A stretch of 64,000 bases of DNA, taken from assembly GCA_964642175.1 (NCBI GenBank), contig CAZXOK010000003.1, positions 168,333 through 232,332 on the forward strand. Reading direction: 5' to 3'. The notes under the pieces were generated by a model that saw nothing but the letters and a program-made list of their open reading frames with translations, searched no databases and was not told the origin of the DNA. Every line of letters begins with the position of its first letter. Position 1 is the stretch's first letter. This stretch comes from an uncultured Chlorobiales bacterium. Lineage in GTDB: Bacteria; Bacteroidota; Chlorobiia; Chlorobiales; Chloroherpetonaceae. Position numbers and translations under genes: made by a program. Below are positions 19,571 through 28,465 of the stretch, one piece after another.

Positions 19571-19603
19571 ACTCTACTCCTATAATTATAAATGGTGTGC
19601 GTG

Positions 19604-20578
19604 CTATTTAACTGATGTATTCGTATTCTCAGACACGAATGTAAGATCGTATAATTTTGCTAATTTGGCATCAAAATGTGGGGCACCGGAAGAATCAATC
19701 ATTAGAACAGAGTTAAATTTTCCGGTGGCTTTGGCCTTTTGAGAATCCAACATAAAAAAAAACTGTCGATAAAGCATCTGCTTTTTCAGATGAAACCGGT
19801 GTGATAATTGAAACACTTTGACAGTGTTTAGACGGATAACCCGTTTTAGGATTTAAAATGTGATGGTACCGGGTGCTGTCGTGAAAAAAATAGCGCTCAT
19901 AGTCGCCACTTGTCGAGATCGCACAATTCTTTAATCGTAACAAAGCCACAAGTTTCTCACTATGTCTTGGGTGCCGGATACCTACCTGCCATTTTTCATC
20001 TTTTGATTTCATGCCTGAAACATACATATCCCCACCGGCTTTCAGAATGAAATTTTTTATGTTAAAGCCATGAAGGATTTTAACTGCACGATCAATGGCA
20101 TAGCCTTTAGCAATGCCGCCCAGGTCAATTTTCATACCGGATTGGCTTAAAAAAGCTGTGGTATCGGTGCTGTTCAGAACAAGTTTTCTGTAGTCAACCA
20201 GAGATAAGTTTTTTTTAGGTCCGACTTAGCAGGCAGTTTCGGTTTGTTATTGGAATTAAATCCCCAAAGTTCTTCAATAACACCTATTGTTGGGTCGAAT
20301 AATCCCTTGTATTCACGGGCAGTTTTCAATGCCCTGGAAAGTAACTTGAAAGTTTCGTAACTAACTCTCACTGGTTTGTTTCCGGCCTGGGTATTGATCT
20401 TTACCACATCGCTTTGCTCTCCGCTATACCCCATCAAACCATCAATACGCTCCATTTCCTTGAAGGCATTGTAAATACCTTGTTTGACTTTCAGGATATC
20501 CGGATGCACAGCTTTGATTTCGACTGTAGTGCCCATCATGATTTTCTCTAACCGGATTTCATAAACCGGCGCCACCAA
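19604..20578 (-). pseudogene. apbE: ApbE-family FAD:protein FMN transferase, split by two homopolymer frameshifts
   Basis: Three fragments (20578..20174, 20135..19713, 19816..19604) rejoin to ...PAKSDLKKNLSLVDYRKLVLNSTDTTAFLSQSGMKIDLGGIAKGYAIDRA...ISTSGDYERYF...HHILNPKTGYP...ADALSTVFFMLDSQKA... The frame changes fall in the T8 run at 20211-20218 and the A9 run at 19754-19762 (plus-strand reading). Confidence 0.75.
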
Positions 20579-21315
20579 TTTTGTAAGTTACACGGGCGTA
20601 ACGCGTGTCAACCGGGCTATCGCTCCACCCGTCGGCATCTGTATCACCGCCGCCAAAACCAACAACAAAGCTGTAACCGCCTTCGTCGCCGCTTGCATAT
20701 CTTAACTCCACACCATTACCAGGACTTGGTAAGGCAACGGCATCGCCATCACCGTTTGGCGTGGCAGAAATAATGGTGAACAGTTCGGTAATTCCAATAC
20801 CACCAAAGGCCAAATGCATGCCATCAGACAACGACCATAGTAACTGGAAGCCGGCTTCATCACCAAACGGATCGTAATCACCTAAAATTGAGATGTTTTC
20901 ACCGACAGTGGCTGCAAATAAGATTTCAACTTCTCCGGGCAGGCCCCATTTGAAATTTGTTGAATCGTTATCGCGATATTCAAAGACTCACCGGTGGCAA
21001 ATACTAAAATGGGTCCAAAACCCGGCAGGTCGGCAGGGTAGATAGCATCCGGAAAAACCCTTTTTTAAGCTTCTGAGCCTAATGGGGCTTGTTCAATTTT
21101 TGTGTTTTCTTCATCGGTACCATCCGGAAAGCGGTACCCGTTGTTTCGAAAGGCTTCACCAAAGGCATTGCGTGCCGGAAAGCCAATATGGCATGTAGAA
21201 CAGGAGGTTTTGTATTTACGGGCAAATATCGGGACAGCCGAGCTGTCTTTACTATCGAGTAGTATAGCTGTAAATACTAATCCTGTTATTAAAATTAGAC
21301 TTAAAGTTTTTTCAT
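20559..21315 (-). pseudogene. Truncated, disrupted paralogue of the CxxCH-barrel gene (Cyc2/Cyt572-like, copy 2)
   Basis: Own translation: M-K-K-(frameshift in the 6-nt homopolymer at 21307-21312)-TLSLILITGLVFTAILLDSKDSSAVPIFARKYKTSCSTCHIGFPARNAFGEAFRNNGYRFPDG...GSEA-TAA(21065-21067)-KRVFPDAIYPADLPGFGP...(frameshift near 20985)...VFEYRDNDSTNFKWGLPGEVEILFAATVGENISILGDY...RYARVTYKIGGAGL. It aligns to copy 1 throughout but stops where copy 1 continues. Confidence 0.6.
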
Positions 21316-21844
21316 AATTATCTCCCTTTTCATCTGATGATATGCTTTTTTATTGACTTTTGATTTATACAGGTACTTAAGTGCATTTATTATCTCTTAA
21401 TGATTGATGGAATCTGTTCGATACTTACTGACTGATAATAGTGTCACTGGTACAGAATCTACGGTAAAAGTATCGCATTAGTATAACATTGATTTGAGAT
21501 TCATAAAATCATAATTTCAAAGAAAAATCCATATTATGACACGATATGTAATAGATGTGTTAATAAGGACATGGTTTATTTTTACTCGTGATATTTTGAT
21601 GGGATAATAAAATCATTTGATTGGGAAGTATTAAATGACAAGATTTGAGCTCTGTAGGAGATAAGAATAAAGTAAGATGTGAAGATGAAAGCATTTTAAT
21701 TTATGCAGGAGAGAAATAAAACTGTTCGTTGAGGGGAGTTGAATAAAAAATGAAAGGCGTGCCAACAAAAAAATCAAACAAGAACAATGATCAAGGAGAT
21801 CAAAAAAAAATGGCACACCTTCCAAATAGTATATCAGAAAGGGT

Positions 21845-22900
21845 TTAGAACCCGATAGAGGCTTCTATTCCAAATTCACTGGTGGCATCATCAGCTGAAT
21901 TATCATCAAAATCAACCTGAGCTACCAACCAGGGGTAGATGAAGTAGGCGGCTTCAACATGGAGCAGGTTTTCATCCAGATCACTGTTTTGGCCATAAGC
22001 CACACCTGCCATCAGGTTGCCATAACTACTTTCAAGGTCTAAGCCCCACTGGCTTTTATCGCCTGCGCCGGAAAGACCTTCAGATGAGTTAAAGAAGGCT
22101 GCACCGATTGAGAGCGAGTTATCCAGGCCCACGTAGCCATTGCCCATTGTGCCGCCGGCACCGCTCAGCATACCGGCACCAAACAGTTTATAACGGGCAT
22201 GAACCCAGCGTTTGTCGAACAGGTTGCTTTCATCCTGGCCATTAAGTAAACCACCGGTTATCAAGAAACCGCCTTCTTCGCCGGTTACATAAGAGAAATC
22301 AACACCTGTACCAATGGTTAGAAACCCGCCTGATGGTAGGACACTTGAAATGGGGCCTTCGATATTTTGAAAACGGGTGCTGAACGAGAGAAGCATGCCC
22401 GGAGCAAAGGACCATGAAGTTCTTATCATTTATCCACCGCTAGGTCTGTAGACCGCAAAAATGCCAATGTTTTCACCTACTGTACCACCAAGTACAACGG
22501 TTACTCTTGACGCACCAGGACCGCCACCCCATTGAAGGAGATCATCGCCATTGGTGGCACCTTTTTCTTCGTAAGACAATAATGGTCCTACTGCCCAGAA
22601 TCCAATTGGGGCAAAGCCTGGCATATCGGCCGGATACGGAGCATCCGGGAAAACTCGTTTGTAACTCTCAGCACCAAGTGGTGTTTGCTCAATTTTGGTG
22701 TTTTCGGCATCGGCGCCTTCGCCACCCGGCCAGCGATAGCCGTTACTTTTAAAAGCTTTACCAAATGAGTTTAGGGTTGGGTAACCTGCATGGCAGGTGT
22801 AACAGGAGGTTTTATACTTTCTGGCAAATACAGGTATAGCAGAGCTATCCTTACTATCTAACACCACGGCCATTACAACTAAGCCAATGATTAAAGCCAT
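21845..22900 (-). pseudogene. CxxCH monohaem motif fused to predicted outer-membrane beta-barrel (Cyc2/Cyt572-like, copy 1), one in-frame TAA
   Basis: ORFs 22900..22430 and 22429..21845 are in the same frame, separated only by TAA at 22430-22432 (...VYRPSGG*MIRTSW...). The N-terminus is signal-like and followed by FARKYKTSCYTCHAGYPTLNSFGKAFKSNGY. The rest is Gly/Ser/Asp-rich with alternating segments, and the C-terminus is ...FGIEASIGF. Copy 2 stays homologous across the stop position. Classed as a pseudogene, but readthrough or a sequencing error is possible. Confidence 0.6.
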
Positions 22901-23489
22901 ACTAAAAGGTCTTTTTATAATTTAATCTCCTTAGAAAGATATTTTTTGTTATTAAAGTGATACTGAATGGTTAAAAGTCTCAAGAAAGAACAATGATCTG
23001 AAAATAAGCAAGTCCAGAATCATTTAATGTTATGACATGAACATATACTTAGTTTATCACGATATTATCACACAAAACGGTTTTTTAAATAATGTTATTG
23101 AATTCTCATCATGACGATCAGATAATTGGTGACACATTAAAACAATGGGGTGTTATGACGTATGTAAGAATAACAATGATCGTGTTATTATTTATCTGAT
23201 GATATAAGGGGATACTTGTTGTGGCAGGCGTTTATATGATATTATCCCTGACGTTAAAACCAGAACCGACGAAAAAGATATGCAGAAGGAATATTGGATG
23301 AAGGGCCGGATAAGGTGAAGCTTAAAAATGGTATCACGATGGCAATTGGGTTTGGGGTGGAGTTGCATTGGGGCAAGTTTGAAGGGGAGAATTTGATGAA
23401 AGGCTTTTAATTCAAAAAATCTTTTTTATTTTCAGAACAATGCAATGCAAAGAAATGACTTTAAAACGGTACAAACATGAATTAATCTT

Positions 23490-24899
23490 ATGAATGATTA
23501 CGGATTTTTCGATGAAGGTCCAGATAATCCCCATGAGTCTAAAGGTGATAACGACAAGAACAAAACCGAGTTTAATGAGCAACAACTAAGCACTCTCTTC
23601 GATAGTGATGTGCTTGATGAATTGTTTTTCAATTTATTGGACAAAGGGCAGCTAACAAATGCCCTTAAAGTTGCCGAACACCTGGTTCAAGTAGCACCTT
23701 ACAGCAGCGACAGTTGGTTTAAACGCGGCGTTGCCCTGAATAACAACGGGTATTATGAAGAATCTATCCGCTCGTTTGAAAAGTCAATAGCATTAAATCC
23801 TACCGATACCGAAATTCTGTTAAATCTGGGTATGGCCTACGAAAGTAATGGCCAGTCGGGTCAGGCTATTGAAGTACTGAACTATGCCCTGAGCCTATCC
23901 CCGGATGATGATGAGATTTATTTTAGCAAGGCCCTTTCATTGCAGCGTCTCGAGCATTACCATGAAGCCAGGATTGAATTTGAAGCCTGCCTGGAAATTA
24001 ATCCGGTGCATCGCGAAGCCTGGTACGAATTTGGTTACTGCCTGGATATGCTCGGATTGTACAAAGAGAGTATAAATGCCTACGAAAAACACATAGATAT
24101 TGATCCCTACAGCAGCAATGCCTGGTATAACAGGGGGATTGTTTTAAGTAAGTTAAAACGCTACAACGATGCCGTGTTCAGTTACGATATGGCCGTTGCT
24201 ATTCGTGATGAGTTTGCCTCGGCATGGTATAACCGTGGAAATGTGTTGGCCAGCATGGGTCATCTGAAGGAGGCCATCGACAGTTACAAGAAAACCCTGG
24301 ATCTGGAGCCCGACGACTCGGATACCTTGTTCAATATAGCCTCGGCTCATGAAGAGTTGGAAGAGTTTCAGCAAGCGATCGTGTATTTCGAGCAAGTGGT
24401 TGCCTATGATCCAAACTTTGCCGATGCCTGGTATTCGTTGGCCTGCTCTTACGATATGCTTAACTCGCATGCCCTGGCGCTTGGCGCCATACAGCAAGCT
24501 GTAACCCTTGTACCTGAAAACCTGGATTATCTGCAGGCCAAGGCCGATATTGAGTACAACCTGGGTTACCTCTACGAATCTATTGTTACTTACAACAAAA
24601 TTATTGAGATCAATCCACTTAGCCCGCAGGCCTGGTTCGAAATTGCGTCGCTGTTTTTGGAAACGCACCGTTACCAGAAAGCCATTGAAGCCTTTTTAAA
24701 GGTTATTGAGTTAAATCCCAAACATGCCGATGCATATTTTGAACTGGCAGTTGGATTTCACGCCCAGGGAAAAACCAGCGAAACCATACGTTATCTGAAA
24801 CACTCGCTGGAACATGATTTTGAAAAGAAATCCTTGATCAAAGAAGCTTTTCCGGATCTGGTTCTTGATCCGAAAGTTGTTAAAAAACTCGGTATCTAA
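23490..24899 (+). CDS. Tetratricopeptide (TPR) repeat protein
   Basis: 469 aa with more than 10 consecutive 34-residue repeats carrying the W/A-Y-N-G..A motif (AWYNRGIVL, AWYNRGNVL, AWYSLACSY, AYFELAVGF). Confidence 0.85.
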   Translation: MNDYGFFDEGPDNPHESKGDNDKNKTEFNEQQLSTLFDSDVLDELFFNLLDKGQLTNALKVAEHLVQVAPYSSDSWFKRGVALNNNGYYEESIRSFEKSIALNPTDTEILLNLGMAYESNGQSGQAIEVLNYALSLSPDDDEIYFSKALSLQRLEHYHEARIEFEACLEINPVHREAWYEFGYCLDMLGLYKESINAYEKHIDIDPYSSNAWYNRGIVLSKLKRYNDAVFSYDMAVAIRDEFASAWYNRGNVLASMGHLKEAIDSYKKTLDLEPDDSDTLFNIASAHEELEEFQQAIVYFEQVVAYDPNFADAWYSLACSYDMLNSHALALGAIQQAVTLVPENLDYLQAKADIEYNLGYLYESIVTYNKIIEINPLSPQAWFEIASLFLETHRYQKAIEAFLKVIELNPKHADAYFELAVGFHAQGKTSETIRYLKHSLEHDFEKKSLIKEAFPDLVLDPKVVKKLGI

Positions 24900-24938
24900 G
24901 CTTTAATCTTATGATCTGATCCCCAATATCATTTTAAA

Positions 24939-25835
24939 ATGAGCAGCGCTGTTAAAATTCTTGCATTATTGGGCCATCAGGTAGACTACTCCCTCTCGCC
25001 CTTTATTCATAATACCGCCATATCGCATCTCGGGTTGAACTATTATTACACCATTTTCAATATTGCCACATCCGAGGATCTGAAAGATGTCTTAAACGGT
25101 ATGCGGGCAATGGGTATTGCCGGTTTTAATGTCACGATTCCATATAAAGAACGCGTGATGGCTTATATGGATCAGCTCTCACCGGCTGCCTCGGAAATCC
25201 AGGCCGTAAATACAATACTCAACCAGGACGGCCATTTGATTGGCTATAATACCGACAGTTATGGATTCGCTCAGCCTTTGTTGCCCTATAAAAATCATTT
25301 GAAAGGCCAGGCTGTGGCAATTTTTGGCAATGGCGGTGCAGCCCGCGCAGCTATTCATGCCTTGCGAAGCCAGTTTGATCCATCGGTTATTTATATCATA
25401 TCCAGAAATCAGGAACGGGGCAGGGAGCTTAAAAAAGACCTCTTGCGGCAAAGCACACTGGTAGAGCTTGAGGTTTTGCAACACGAAGTCCCGGAGACCA
25501 TCGAGGTTTTAAAATCATGCAAGTGCATCATTAATGCCACGCCAATTGGTACCCAAAAAAGAAACAGCCGGTCAGAGAACAACCAGTCCCTGCTGGTAGC
25601 CGAAGACCTAAACATCTGGCATACGGGAGATATTGCATACGATTTGGTCTACAATCCCTTCGAAACCCCCTTTTTAAAACAAGCCGCTGCAAAAGGCGCG
25701 TTTACCATTAACGGTTTAGGTATGCTTGTTGCCCAGGCCTCCGAATCATTCAAATTATGGACAGGGCACGAAATGCCTTTGTTTAATGTTGAACATGCCA
25801 TCAAAACCCGATTAGATCATAACCTGATCCATTAA
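24939..25835 (+). CDS. aroE: Shikimate dehydrogenase
   Basis: SLSPFIHNTAISHLGLNYYY, GFNVTIPYKERV, NTILNQDGHLIGYNTDSYGF, IFGNGGAARA. Confidence 0.85.
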   Translation: MSSAVKILALLGHQVDYSLSPFIHNTAISHLGLNYYYTIFNIATSEDLKDVLNGMRAMGIAGFNVTIPYKERVMAYMDQLSPAASEIQAVNTILNQDGHLIGYNTDSYGFAQPLLPYKNHLKGQAVAIFGNGGAARAAIHALRSQFDPSVIYIISRNQERGRELKKDLLRQSTLVELEVLQHEVPETIEVLKSCKCIINATPIGTQKRNSRSENNQSLLVAEDLNIWHTGDIAYDLVYNPFETPFLKQAAAKGAFTINGLGMLVAQASESFKLWTGHEMPLFNVEHAIKTRLDHNLIH

Positions 25836-27119
25836 GTGATTGTGAAAGCCGGCACTACTTCAGACAAGATTACCCAAAACCAGGATCCGTGCCCGGATCG
25901 TCGGTTTAGAAGTGTGCTTACAGCAGTGATCTGTTGTTTGGTTATGCTTCCAGGTTTTTCTGAGGCAATGGCAAAACTCTCCACTCAATTTTACGGCCAT
26001 ACTTTTACTTACATGGGTCAGCTTTCTTTGCTCAGTAGTCCCTCAAAAGGAATTACCCAGGATAATTTAATTACCGGTCTGGCAAAAGAGTACCCAAACT
26101 TTTTGCCGCTTGGACGTTCGATTGAAAATTTTGCTCGCCGCCACCAATTTACCGATTGGGCCCGTGTAATGCTCGCTTATAAGGTTGTCAGAGAACTCTA
26201 TCCCCATAACCAAAAAGACCAGGTTGTGGGTATGGTATTAACGCTCAGAACCATTGGCCTGAATGCCCAGATCTTCAACAACAAAACCAGCCGAAACGAG
26301 AGCTTTTTAATCGGGATTGAATGCGATAAGCCCATTTACAATGGTGTAGTGTTTATGTTTAAGGATAAGCGCTTTGGATTGTTTGATCTAAAAAAGGGGG
26401 AACTGCTCAGACAAACCCTTTCCAATCCAAAAGGATATTTTTATGATCTCAATGCTGAACTGGGTCAATCCGGCAGGGCTATAAAACTGGTGCCGGGATG
26501 GTTTCCATCCTTTCCCGAAAGACCGGTAAAAATGACCCGCAAATGGACATATCAAAAAAAATCTTATACCCTCAGCTATGCCATCAATCAGAACCTGGTG
26601 GATTTCTTAAAATCACATCCTCAGATTCACCTGATCCATTATTTTAATTATCCTATTTCCGAGACGGTGTATTTCAACCTCCTGAAGCCATTGCGCCAGG
26701 AAATTGAAGAAAATCGGTTTTCGGAGTCGGAAGCAGTTGCTTTTTTAATGGCGTTTCATCACCAGGCCTTTCGTCATCGCGACGATATGAAAACACCCAT
26801 GGGCGAGCATACCAATTTTGTTGAAGAAACCCTGCTTTCCAGGGTGTCGGATTGTGAGGATCAAAGTGTGTTGTTTGCAGCATTATTACGTGGAGTGCTT
26901 GGTTACCAGGTTCTGGGCCTGGAATATCCCAACCATGTTTCGGTAGCAGTTTATAACGAGCGGTTAAACTCCGACGGGCATGTGCTTAAAGTAAATGGCA
27001 AACGTTACATCGAAGCAGATCCTTCCTATGTCGGATCGCGCCTGGGAATGGTTCAGCCCGATCTTAAAAATATCAAACCTCAGATTATTGTCATTGGAAA
27101 GCTGAGAATTGTAAAGTAA
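25836..27119 (+). CDS. Hypothetical exported protein with possible transglutaminase-like Cys-His-Asp core
   Basis: 427-aa ORF with a GTG start abutting the aroE stop and a hydrophobic N-terminal segment (FRSVLTAVICCLVMLPGFSEAMA). The C-terminal SDCEDQSVLFAALLRGVLGY...YPNHVSVAV...EADPSY resembles the C..H..D arrangement of transglutaminase-fold proteins. No family name recognised. Confidence 0.4.
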   Translation: MIVKAGTTSDKITQNQDPCPDRRFRSVLTAVICCLVMLPGFSEAMAKLSTQFYGHTFTYMGQLSLLSSPSKGITQDNLITGLAKEYPNFLPLGRSIENFARRHQFTDWARVMLAYKVVRELYPHNQKDQVVGMVLTLRTIGLNAQIFNNKTSRNESFLIGIECDKPIYNGVVFMFKDKRFGLFDLKKGELLRQTLSNPKGYFYDLNAELGQSGRAIKLVPGWFPSFPERPVKMTRKWTYQKKSYTLSYAINQNLVDFLKSHPQIHLIHYFNYPISETVYFNLLKPLRQEIEENRFSESEAVAFLMAFHHQAFRHRDDMKTPMGEHTNFVEETLLSRVSDCEDQSVLFAALLRGVLGYQVLGLEYPNHVSVAVYNERLNSDGHVLKVNGKRYIEADPSYVGSRLGMVQPDLKNIKPQIIVIGKLRIVK

Positions 27120-27155
27120 ATTCATAGCTTTTTGAAAACCAATTCAGATTTTGGC

Positions 27156-27689
27156 ATGCTCAACAAGATCATTTTGATTGTTTTAGGCGTTGTAATAGCT
27201 GATCAGATCACTAAGCAACTGGCCAAGCAATATATCTTCTATGGCTCGGGTCAGATTCCGATTATCGGCGACTGGCTTAAATTTACTTACACCGAAAATC
27301 CGGGAATTGCTTTTGGACTGGAATTTGCCGGCCCGATGTTTATCACCATTTTTGCGTTGCTGGCTACCATCGGCATTGTGATCTACCTCTACAAAACCCG
27401 GCGCGATAACATTTACTACATTTCGGCTTTTGGTATGATCATCGGTGGCGCGATCGGGAATTTGATCGACCGTTTTTTATATGGCCGGGTTATAGATTTT
27501 ATTCATGTTGATCTCTACAAAGGCTACATCTTTGGCAAATACATAGCCTTGTGGCCGATTTTCAATATTGCAGATTCGGCCATTACGGCAGGCGTGGCTA
27601 TTATGCTGATCTGGTACAATCATATTTTTGAAGAGCTGCCGGACCAGAGTGTTAAACCCACTCAGCAAAAACAACGTTTGAGCGATTAA
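27156..27689 (+). CDS. lspA: Lipoprotein signal peptidase II
   Basis: FTYTENPGIAFG, GGAIGNLIDR, VIDFIHV, WPIFNIADSAI. I chose the Met at 27156; the track ORF begins at TTG 27132. Confidence 0.9.
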   Translation: MLNKIILIVLGVVIADQITKQLAKQYIFYGSGQIPIIGDWLKFTYTENPGIAFGLEFAGPMFITIFALLATIGIVIYLYKTRRDNIYYISAFGMIIGGAIGNLIDRFLYGRVIDFIHVDLYKGYIFGKYIALWPIFNIADSAITAGVAIMLIWYNHIFEELPDQSVKPTQQKQRLSD

Positions 27690-27700
27690 ACCCAAAAACT

Positions 27701-28465
27701 ATGTTTGTTGATGCCCATTGCCATCTGAGCTTTTCGCAGTATGATCAGGACAGAGATCTGGTTCTGGATCGTCTTACCCAGGCCGGTGTTGGTCTGCTGA
27801 TACATCCCGGAACCAATCTCCAGACCAGTCAGGATGCCATAGATTTTGCCCAAAAGCACCACATGGCATACGCCAATGTGGGCTTTCATCCCGGTGATGT
27901 CGACCAGGTAAGTGCTTCGGATTTTGAGGCTTTGGAAGCCCTGGCTAAAGAGCAAAAAGTGGTGGGTATAGGCGAGATCGGCCTGGATTATCATTACCCC
28001 GATATCAACAAAGCACACCAGGAAATGGTGTTTCGCGAGTCGCTTAGGTTGGCCAAAAAACTGGATCTGCCGGTTGTGATCCACTCCCGCGATGCCTGGC
28101 CCGATACATTCAGAATTCTGGATGAAGAGTCCCACTCCGGCCTGCGTGGCATGATGCATTGCTTTTCCGGCGGCGTGGAAGAGGCCCGAAGATCTGTAAA
28201 AATGGGCTTTAAACTCTCAATCCCGGGGGTTGTGACGTTCAAAAAAAGCCGGTTACCCGATGTGGTGGGTGATACAAACCTTACCGACTTGCTTACTGAA
28301 ACGGACTGCCCGTATCTTGCGCCGGTACCTTACCGGGGCAAACGCAACGAACCGGCTTACGTGGTAGAAGTGGCTAAAAAGATTGCTGATATTAAGAAAG
28401 TGCCGCTTCAGGTAGTTGAAAAATCCATATATGAAACAAGCAGAGCTCTGTTTAATCTTCATTAA
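27701..28465 (+). CDS. TatD-family metal-dependent hydrolase/DNase
   Basis: MFVDAHCHLS, GIGEIGLDYHY, PVVIHSRDA, GMMHCFSG, TDCPYLAPVPYRGKRNEPAY. Confidence 0.9.
   Translation: MFVDAHCHLSFSQYDQDRDLVLDRLTQAGVGLLIHPGTNLQTSQDAIDFAQKHHMAYANVGFHPGDVDQVSASDFEALEALAKEQKVVGIGEIGLDYHYPDINKAHQEMVFRESLRLAKKLDLPVVIHSRDAWPDTFRILDEESHSGLRGMMHCFSGGVEEARRSVKMGFKLSIPGVVTFKKSRLPDVVGDTNLTDLLTETDCPYLAPVPYRGKRNEPAYVVEVAKKIADIKKVPLQVVEKSIYETSRALFNLH

Larger units (their letters stand above)
20559..23489 (-). repeat. Diverged tandem duplication: two units of (about 0.5-kb AT-rich upstream region + CxxCH-barrel gene)
   Basis: Unit 1 is 23489..21845 and unit 2 is 21844..20559. The proteins align. The upstream regions share blocks (TTATGAC..G.TATGTAA at 21534-21554 vs 23153-23170; GGGGAG..ATGAAAGGC at 21731-21758 vs 23382-23404) at similar distances from the starts. 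Confidence 0.5.

Noticed and set aside
21745-21765. Sigma-54-like TGGCAC on the minus strand (plus-strand GTGCCA at 21759-21764) upstream of cytochrome-barrel copy 2.
   Set aside because: The expected -12 element (TTGC) is not present at the right spacing (TCAT instead). The TGGCAC is absent from the homologous block upstream of copy 1.
21750-21848. 32-codon ORF (MKGVPTKKSNKNNDQGDQKKMAHLPNSISERV) with an SD-like GAGGGGAG upstream, in the AT-rich spacer.
   Set aside because: The homologous block upstream of the other paralogue (23396-23410) encodes only MKGF-stop. The conserved element is therefore not a conserved peptide.
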